A DNA stretch of 32,938 nt from UHGV virus genome UHGV-2167056, one strand, 5' to 3'. This stretch comes from a virus. Both the position numbers and the translations under genes were made by a program. Each line of letters begins with the position of its first letter. Position 1 is the stretch's first letter. A model generated the notes under the pieces. The model searched no databases. It saw only the letters and a list, made by a program, of their open reading frames with translations, and was not told the origin of the DNA. Positions 27,042 to 32,938 of this stretch are shown piece by piece.

Positions 27042-27574
27042 TACGCCACCTCCGCAGATATCCCGGCAGGCGCTGCTGTCCGGTCAACAATCAGGTAGCG
27101 CAGAACATGTTCAGTGATATTCCAGCCGCTTAAACCGCAGATAATGACGCCCAGGCGTATGTCGATATACGCCATCACAAACTGGGGCACGCCTTCTTTC
27201 ATGGCCTGCTCATCAACTTCAGCCACCACATAAACGGTTTCACAGGTCAGAACGCCCTGAGCAAATTCCCACGCCATCGACGGAATATCATGCCCCTCAA
27301 TCCATGGCAGGGATTTTCTGAAGCCGCACCACTGAACATCATCAGCCGCAGATTCCTGGCTGCATTTGCGACGAACCGGCTGCACCGGGCGGGGGCGCGG
27401 AATATCATAAAAACCGTTACATTCCGTCAGCACGCCTGCATCAACCGCATCACGCAGAAAATAAACCATGGAGGATGGCGGCATATTCATTTTTTCAGCC
27501 AGTACACCGCAGGTCAGGCGGCCATAAATACACAGCCAGTTTTTAACCCCTTCAAGCACTTTTGCATCAATCAT
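27041..27574 (-). CDS. Hypothetical protein with a possible N-terminal winged-helix region
   Basis: 177-aa ORF, first gene after an AT-rich 145-nt intergenic gap downstream of gam. Confidence 0.45.
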   Translation of the reverse strand: MIDAKVLEGVKNWLCIYGRLTCGVLAEKMNMPPSSMVYFLRDAVDAGVLTECNGFYDIPRPRPVQPVRRKCSQESAADDVQWCGFRKSLPWIEGHDIPSMAWEFAQGVLTCETVYVVAEVDEQAMKEGVPQFVMAYIDIRLGVIICGLSGWNITEHVLRYLIVDRTAAPAGISAEVA

Positions 27575-27719
27575 GATTTATTTCCCCACCACATTATTAA
27601 TGACGATATAAACGTATTTCATATTTCTTAACCCTTATTTTCTGTTTTCAGGCGCAAGCAGTCCCCTGACGCGAGCGCCATAATTAAAATGAAGTGATAT
27701 TTAATTGATTAATGCGGTG

Positions 27720-28250
27720 TTATTTATTCAGTCCGGCGTCCTGTTCAAAAGGCTCGACATAAAAACTTTCAGCGCCTTTATTCACCTTGATACCGGCAAT
27801 GCCTTTCACAGCATCCGGCTCCGCCAGGACGGCTTCCTTGTTCACTTCCTCTTTCGTGCGGATGAAACGCTCAAGCCCCATACGGCGCAGCATTTCAATC
27901 ACACCTTCCACATCACGGCTGACGCTGCATGATGGCGTTCCCAGCCGCCATGACACCGTTCCGGTGGTCAGATTGGCTGTTTTGGTTTTGCCGCCGTTCG
28001 TCAGCTCATCACGGTTGGTTTTGCACCAGTCCTGAATCCCTTTAAAAAGCACTTTGATTTGCTTTTTAAGATTTTCAATCTGCGGCGTATAACGGGCGGT
28101 GATTTCTGCCACTTCGTCATTCATCGCCGTTTCCAGGCGCAGCGCCTCTCGCTGAATATCTCCCAGGGTGCGGATATCACGGCTGACTTCTTCCCGGGTC
28201 TGCGGTGCCGCCTCGGCTGCGGCCTTTAATTTTGTAACGCGTTTAGCCAT
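27720..28250 (-). CDS. gam: Host-nuclease inhibitor Gam (Mu Gam / Ku-like DNA-end binding)
   Basis: 176-aa ORF, Mu Gam-like in size and sequence character, at the expected position in the early operon. Confidence 0.85.
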   Translation of the reverse strand: MAKRVTKLKAAAEAAPQTREEVSRDIRTLGDIQREALRLETAMNDEVAEITARYTPQIENLKKQIKVLFKGIQDWCKTNRDELTNGGKTKTANLTTGTVSWRLGTPSCSVSRDVEGVIEMLRRMGLERFIRTKEEVNKEAVLAEPDAVKGIAGIKVNKGAESFYVEPFEQDAGLNK

Positions 28251-28261
28251 TTTGTTTTTCC

Positions 28262-28555
28262 TTATTGCAGTGTGCCTGATGCTTTATGCACGCGGTGGCG
28301 TTTAATGATGGCATCCGCTCCAAAAGACTGTGCAGATGCCTGAAATTCCGCTGAGAGAAACTGAATAATTGCAGGACTGTGATACTGGAGAATACTTGCA
28401 TAAACGTCACAGAGTGACGTCGGCCTGTTATCCGTATCACGTTCTGTTTTCACATCCACTCCAATCTTTTCATGCACTTCAACACAGTCATTGCCTGCCA
28501 ACTTTTCGTCATGCGAAACATGATTAAATTCAAAAATAACGCGTACTTTGCTCAT
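28262..28555 (-). CDS. Small hypothetical protein, tandem paralogue 2
   Basis: Taken from the internal ATG (MSKVRVIFEFNH...); N-terminus paralogous to the adjacent upstream gene (MSKVVRIIFEYKED...); AT-rich. Confidence 0.45.
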   Translation of the reverse strand: MSKVRVIFEFNHVSHDEKLAGNDCVEVHEKIGVDVKTERDTDNRPTSLCDVYASILQYHSPAIIQFLSAEFQASAQSFGADAIIKRHRVHKASGTLQ

Positions 28556-28559
28556 GGAA

Positions 28560-28832
28560 TTACCCCTGTTGATTAAATTCATTACCGTTAATAACCCCGG
28601 AAGCCATGCCTCTGTCTTTCATGAATGCACTGGCTTTCATTGCCACAAACTCTGCGAAGTTTCTGCTTTCTGCCAGCATAACCACCCCAAAAATCATGGC
28701 GGGTCCATTATCTTTCTTCTTTATTCCGGTTGAACGTATATCCAGACTTACCCCTCTGTGCGTGCTGCCATCAGAGTTTTTGCAGATAACATCTTCCTTG
28801 TATTCGAAAATAATGCGTACGACTTTACTCAT
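28560..28832 (-). CDS. Small hypothetical protein, tandem paralogue 1
   Basis: 90-aa ORF; N-terminus MSKVVRIIFEY; 4-nt spacing to paralogue 2. Confidence 0.45.
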   Translation of the reverse strand: MSKVVRIIFEYKEDVICKNSDGSTHRGVSLDIRSTGIKKKDNGPAMIFGVVMLAESRNFAEFVAMKASAFMKDRGMASGVINGNEFNQQG

Positions 28833-29110
28833 CCTCTGGTCCTCGTTCTGTTTGGATAACTGACCCGGCGTCTAACCTCACGGCAGAACCGAATCATGGC
28901 ATTAAAGGCTTCTTCCTCCGTCACCGCTTCCGGTATCCCCGGAACCAGTAACTGCTCCTGTTCATCACGTCCATGACGCGCCATAACCTCAATCACATGC
29001 CGTACCGTGGCAGGCTTTCCGGCAACTATCGGCAATGCACCTTCCGGCAGGACGTAACCAAACTCAATAAGACCACTCGACCACGCCCATGCAATGAGAT
29101 TTTTTTTCAC
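28829..29110 (-). CDS. Hypothetical early protein
   Basis: 93-aa ORF, 4-nt overlap with the downstream gene. Confidence 0.4.
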   Translation of the reverse strand: MKKNLIAWAWSSGLIEFGYVLPEGALPIVAGKPATVRHVIEVMARHGRDEQEQLLVPGIPEAVTEEEAFNAMIRFCREVRRRVSYPNRTRTRG

Positions 29111-29111
29111 C

Positions 29112-29378
29112 TCACACCTCCCAGTAAACCGTGCAGCCGCTGATGCGGGTGGCCTTCACACGGCGGCGCAGGCCGTTGGTCTGTATGGTGATTTCAATTT
29201 CACCGGTTCCCTGCACGTTGCCTACCGGCGGCGTGGTTTTCAGTGCAAAACGTTGCGGATAGCGCTTACTGCGTTCCAGTACCGCACCGGCAAGTTCGGT
29301 CAGACGGCGCGCGCTGTTCAGGGAGTCGAATAAATTCATTTTGTTACCGCAGGATTGCATATTCATATAACACCTCAT
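29112..29378 (-). CDS. Hypothetical early protein
   Basis: 88-aa ORF in the tightly packed early operon; start uncertain. Confidence 0.35.
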   Translation of the reverse strand: MRCYMNMQSCGNKMNLFDSLNSARRLTELAGAVLERSKRYPQRFALKTTPPVGNVQGTGEIEITIQTNGLRRRVKATRISGCTVYWEV

Positions 29379-29606
29379 TTAGCTGACTTGTTTCGCACCA
29401 ACAGAACGGCATATTCCGCTGTAAACTTCTGTCGCACCTTCGCGATCAAGTCCGGCAGATATCACCATTCGTGTGCGGTCATTAAATTCAAAAAGTAAAT
29501 CGCCACATTCTTTATTTTCGGCCAGTGAAATCACCTTCACGTTATCGAAATTAACCAGGTAAAAGCGTCCGTAAATATCAGGAATATTAAATACCGCCAT
29601 AATCAC
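29379..29606 (-). CDS. Hypothetical small early protein at the position of Mu kil
   Basis: 75-aa ORF immediately downstream of B with a 4-nt overlap; the assignment is positional only. Confidence 0.4.
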   Translation of the reverse strand: MIMAVFNIPDIYGRFYLVNFDNVKVISLAENKECGDLLFEFNDRTRMVISAGLDREGATEVYSGICRSVGAKQVS

Positions 29607-30544
29607 ACCTGTGAGAGTAATTCAGGGTTGGTATAAACCTCTTTAAAGGCCGCATTAATATGTTTTTCTGTCAGCGCCGCGCCTTCACCGCTGGCGGTGA
29701 GCCACGCCTGGTTAAGCGTATGTGTCAGAACGCGTAACGCTCCCGGTTTTTCAGCGATAGCCTGCATGACGGCCAGCTCGGCCTCACCACTGATACCCCA
29801 TGCCCTGGCAATGGCCAGCACATCCGCCTTTTTAGCCTTGCGAAGTTGTTTTGTACGGGCAAGACGACTGAACAGGCGCGATAAGTCATCAACGGCGCGG
29901 CGTCCACCCTTAAACAGTCCGCGCGGGTTACCAATAAGCACCATCCCGATCCCCGTGGCGTCCTGGATTGCACGCAGTTGTTCCAGACCGTCAATACCCA
30001 GATGATCCGCCTCATCCACAATCACCAGCCCACGCGTTCCCGTCAGGCGACGGCGGATGGCGCGGGATAACGCCCCCTTGTTCGCGCGGGTGTAATCAAT
30101 CCCCAGCGCATCGGCCAGCTCCAGCAGACACTCCGTGACGCTGGAGTGCGCGGGTGACAGGGTGATCATCCAGGTGTTTGGTTGCTCCTGGCAGTAATTA
30201 CGGGCAGTGGCCGTTTTACCCACACCCGGTACGCCCACAATAACGTTAATACAGCCCATCAGGCGAACCGCCTGAAACAGTGCGCGCAGCTCCTGGACTG
30301 TCTGAGTTTCCACAAACTGCGGCGGTTCCGGCAGTGCGCTTTGTTTATTCCAGTTCTCATACCAGGAGCGCAGGGAAGCAGCCACAGCAGCGTTATCGCC
30401 TTTATATTTTCCCTTACGGAAAGCCGATAATGTGCCGTCGGAAATTCCCGCCTCTCTGGCGATGGCATACTGCGTCAGTACGCCGCCATCAATAAGTTCA
30501 TCAATGGTCTTGATTACATCGTTAATATCGGTCATATTATTCAC
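29603..30544 (-). CDS. B: DNA transposition ATPase MuB-like (AAA+ target-DNA activator)
   Basis: 313-aa ORF; N-terminal HTH-like region resembling the MuB N-terminus (DGTLSAFRKGKYKGDN); Walker A GVPGVGKT; Walker B-like VIVDEADHL. Confidence 0.9.
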   Translation of the reverse strand: MNNMTDINDVIKTIDELIDGGVLTQYAIAREAGISDGTLSAFRKGKYKGDNAAVAASLRSWYENWNKQSALPEPPQFVETQTVQELRALFQAVRLMGCINVIVGVPGVGKTATARNYCQEQPNTWMITLSPAHSSVTECLLELADALGIDYTRANKGALSRAIRRRLTGTRGLVIVDEADHLGIDGLEQLRAIQDATGIGMVLIGNPRGLFKGGRRAVDDLSRLFSRLARTKQLRKAKKADVLAIARAWGISGEAELAVMQAIAEKPGALRVLTHTLNQAWLTASGEGAALTEKHINAAFKEVYTNPELLSQV

Positions 30545-30617
30545 CTCGCTTGAGACAGCATTCTCCGAGACTGAAACCTCAAATAACCTGAGTCACCCCT
30601 CGGGTTATTTTTTTATT

Positions 30618-32705
30618 TCAGGCCAGCGGATCACTTTCTTTTAATTTCGCTTCGAGCAGTTGCAATCCCCGCTGGAAATTACGCTCGTATTCTTCATCAG
30701 GTTCATCGTCAGCGACCGGTTGCTGAACGGTCACCGTATTACCCACAGGGCGGTATATGTTTTCCAGCCAGGGCTCCTGCGGCTTGTGCTCCAGCACGTT
30801 GACAACCTCATCCTCGGCATCACGGATTTTTTCCTCTGCGCGTTTACGCATGCCTTTAAGGCGCTGCTGCTGTTTGTAGTATTCCGCGCTGACAGGGAAG
30901 GCTTCGCGTTTATTGCCGTCCCATACCGCCTCGCAAATCACGCTGCCATCCGGGCGGCGCACGGTAATTCGTTCGGCATCATGAATGTCATAGCTGATAA
31001 GTACCTTACGGCCATGCTCGTCACGCAGCTCGGGCGCGTAGTAAATATTATTCAGCCAGCGTATTTCACAGCGTCTTACAGGGCGCTCCACCATCGGCCG
31101 GAACATATCCCGCAGTTCAACATCGGACAGCCATTCAATTTCCGTGTCCTCTTCCGCCAGGCGTTTTTTTCTGAACTCCGCCGGGCTGTAATGTTTACCG
31201 TTCGGCTTCATGGGTAATTCATCGTGCGGCCGGTTGTTGTACCACTCAACACCGTCACGAATGGCATCAATCAGTTCAGACCAGGACGGTAAATCACGCA
31301 TCGCTGACTGCTGCCGGGCGTTCAGCCGTTTGCCCTGTTGCAGGGCACTGAATGCCGAGCGTAAATCGCGGTTGGTTTTACGTAACGTCTCGCGATCTGC
31401 TCCTTTCCCGAAATAGGTGCGGTATTTACGGGCTATGCGCATCGGTAATGTGCGGTTAAGCCGTTCGATAATGCCCCGTCCCTGCGGATTACCGGCAATC
31501 CCTGTCGGGTGATTAATCCCCAGTCGTGGCAGTATCCCCACAATCTCCTTATCCAGGACGTCGGCGGTTTCCCCGGAGCCATTATCCGAGTAATACAGAA
31601 ACGGTTTGCCATGATGGCGAATACCGTGCTGTATGGCACCGGCTACGGCGAAAACATTTTCAGCCAGGTCAAGGCTCCAGCCCACCACAAAGCGCGTGCC
31701 ACCGTCGATAACAAAGGTCACTTCCGGTGCGAATGGCCGCCCGTGAACCGGGTGCGCGCATTTCAGCTTCATGCCGTGACCGTCACCAATCCAGACATAA
31801 TTCACCGGCATTCTGGACCAGTCGCGGCGCGTGAATCCCTCAAGCTGACGGTATTCACTGCCAGTTACCCGGCCTTTTTGTTTCACCACTTCCGGCAGTT
31901 TCTTCATTGCGCGGCGAATGGTGTCATAAGAGGGCATGATATCGAGCATATAAGGCTCATCAGCGTGCCGGTGCTGCCATTCAGCAACAAAATCCTCGTA
32001 AGCCTCGGTCATTGGTCGGCCGTTTGACTGGCGATGCTGCGCCAGAAATTCGGGCAGCCAGTTAATATCTTCGGCTTTTATTTCCTGGCGTTTACCCGGT
32101 GCCAGTAAAAGCAGGCGTTCAGCGGCGTTCTGTGCCTTGTTAAAGGCCGCAATCCAGCGTTTCAGCGTGATTTCACTCAACGCACGGCTGTTTCCCTTTT
32201 TGGCGTTCGCCGTCTCAACCATTGCCACAATGCGCTCGTCCAGTTGCGAACGTGCCAGGTTGTCAACGATAAACCGGATAGCCTTCGCACAGCTGAAACC
32301 AGGTTGTTGCGCGACTTTCAGAACTTCGCTGACGATCGCGATTCGTGCATCAGCCACCTGGCGCTGGTTTTCAGTCAGGGCATTGAGGCGTTCGACCATC
32401 AGTTGTGGTGATCCGCGATATGCCTCCACCGCATCAACCACGGCAGACGAGCGTCTGGCCTTTGTCACCACCGGAGCCGGTGATTCATCGGCTTTTTGCG
32501 TCATCAGTTGCAGGGCATAACGTTCGCGTAATGCCTGCTGTGTCACTTCAGGTAAACAGTCAATGCTGTATTCAAAACCTTTAGCGCCTTTCTTGCGGCG
32601 TCTGCTGGTTTCGCTGGTTGCATACTTCCTGATTGAATAGCGAACGCCTTGCTCCGTTCCCGGCATCCCCGGTAATCCAACCAGTTCTTTGACTGAAGCA
32701 AACAT
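30618..32705 (-). CDS. A: DDE transposase MuA-like
   Basis: 695-aa ORF; N-terminus (VKELVGLPGMPGTEQGV) resembles the MuA enhancer-binding domain; immediately downstream of ner. Confidence 0.9.
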   Translation of the reverse strand: MFASVKELVGLPGMPGTEQGVRYSIRKYATSETSRRRKKGAKGFEYSIDCLPEVTQQALRERYALQLMTQKADESPAPVVTKARRSSAVVDAVEAYRGSPQLMVERLNALTENQRQVADARIAIVSEVLKVAQQPGFSCAKAIRFIVDNLARSQLDERIVAMVETANAKKGNSRALSEITLKRWIAAFNKAQNAAERLLLLAPGKRQEIKAEDINWLPEFLAQHRQSNGRPMTEAYEDFVAEWQHRHADEPYMLDIMPSYDTIRRAMKKLPEVVKQKGRVTGSEYRQLEGFTRRDWSRMPVNYVWIGDGHGMKLKCAHPVHGRPFAPEVTFVIDGGTRFVVGWSLDLAENVFAVAGAIQHGIRHHGKPFLYYSDNGSGETADVLDKEIVGILPRLGINHPTGIAGNPQGRGIIERLNRTLPMRIARKYRTYFGKGADRETLRKTNRDLRSAFSALQQGKRLNARQQSAMRDLPSWSELIDAIRDGVEWYNNRPHDELPMKPNGKHYSPAEFRKKRLAEEDTEIEWLSDVELRDMFRPMVERPVRRCEIRWLNNIYYAPELRDEHGRKVLISYDIHDAERITVRRPDGSVICEAVWDGNKREAFPVSAEYYKQQQRLKGMRKRAEEKIRDAEDEVVNVLEHKPQEPWLENIYRPVGNTVTVQQPVADDEPDEEYERNFQRGLQLLEAKLKESDPLA

Positions 32706-32707
32706 AA

Positions 32708-32938
32708 TTACGCGACCTTACGAATGTAGCGGCTGGGCCAAATCTCCTCGGGCGGCACCCCCAGGCATTCCGCGATAATCCCCTCATACTTGGGAACATG
32801 GCGGTATACCGCGTTGTACAGATTGTTCTGACCCACGCCAGCTTTACGGGCCAGCGCCCTCATGCTTCCTTCTCTGGCTCTGACTTCCCCCAAAATTCTT
32901 TGAGGATGCCAATCAGGCTTAACTTCATTTCTCGCCAT
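32708..32938 (-). CDS. ner: Ner-like DNA-binding transcriptional regulator (Ner/Nlp family)
   Basis: 76-aa ORF with the conserved Ner pattern (DWHP...ALAR..G.....L.NA......P..E.IIA..L...PEEIWPSRY). The start codon is the last three bases of the window, so its promoter and operators are outside. Confidence 0.85.
   Translation of the reverse strand: MARNEVKPDWHPQRILGEVRAREGSMRALARKAGVGQNNLYNAVYRHVPKYEGIIAECLGVPPEEIWPSRYIRKVA

Larger units (their letters stand above)
1..32938 (-). mobile_element. Mu-like transposable prophage, interior portion (ner to invertible tail-fibre segment); both ends, repressor and invertase lie outside the window
   Basis: Colinear Mu gene order on the minus strand: ner, A, B, gam, gemA, mor-like, lys, terminase, portal, F, G, I, T, sheath, tube, tape measure, N, P, baseplate, S, then a G-segment-like invertible region. 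Order recognised from translated ORFs. Confidence 0.88.

Noticed and set aside
1-32938. CRISPR arrays, rRNA genes, or insertion sequences within the prophage
   Set aside because: No direct-repeat/spacer periodicity, no rRNA-like conserved stretches and no second transposase ORF were seen on reading; the only transposase is the phage's own MuA-like gene.

Overview
The whole window is the interior of a Mu-like transposable prophage lying in reverse orientation, with essentially all core genes on the minus strand and both prophage ends outside the window. Reading right to left (the phage's own left to right) the order is: ner, transposase A, ATPase B, a block of small early genes, gam, an accessory cassette of unknown genes, gemA, a single Mor/C-family activator, a lysis cassette (SAR-type endolysin, overlapping spanins, TraR-like zinc finger, gp25/26/27-like genes), terminase large subunit, portal, F, G, I (protease/scaffold), major head protein, head-tail joining genes, sheath, tube, chaperone, tape measure, DNA-circularisation N-like, gpD-like, baseplate genes, and tail fibre. 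The left 1.4 kb is a Gin/Hin-type invertible tail-fibre segment: two hix/gix-like crossover sites (5..30 and 1355..1380) with about 68 bp inverted-repeat arms bracket a silent alternative fibre C-terminus plus a tail-fibre assembly gene on the plus strand and the currently expressed fibre C-terminus on the minus strand. The invertase, the repressor and both att ends are not in the window. The most interesting unexplained content is in the early accessory region (about 24.5-29.6 kb): an AT-rich cassette with an opposite-strand gene, a translationally coupled trio including a protein with three Myb/SANT-like repeats, and two tandem paralogous small genes next to gam; none can be assigned a function from sequence alone. 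Other observations are a separate 82-aa gene that duplicates the C-terminus of the gp27-like (small-terminase candidate) protein, and a perfect 9-bp dyad abutting the endolysin start. All product calls rest on my recognition of protein motifs and Mu synteny, not on database searches.
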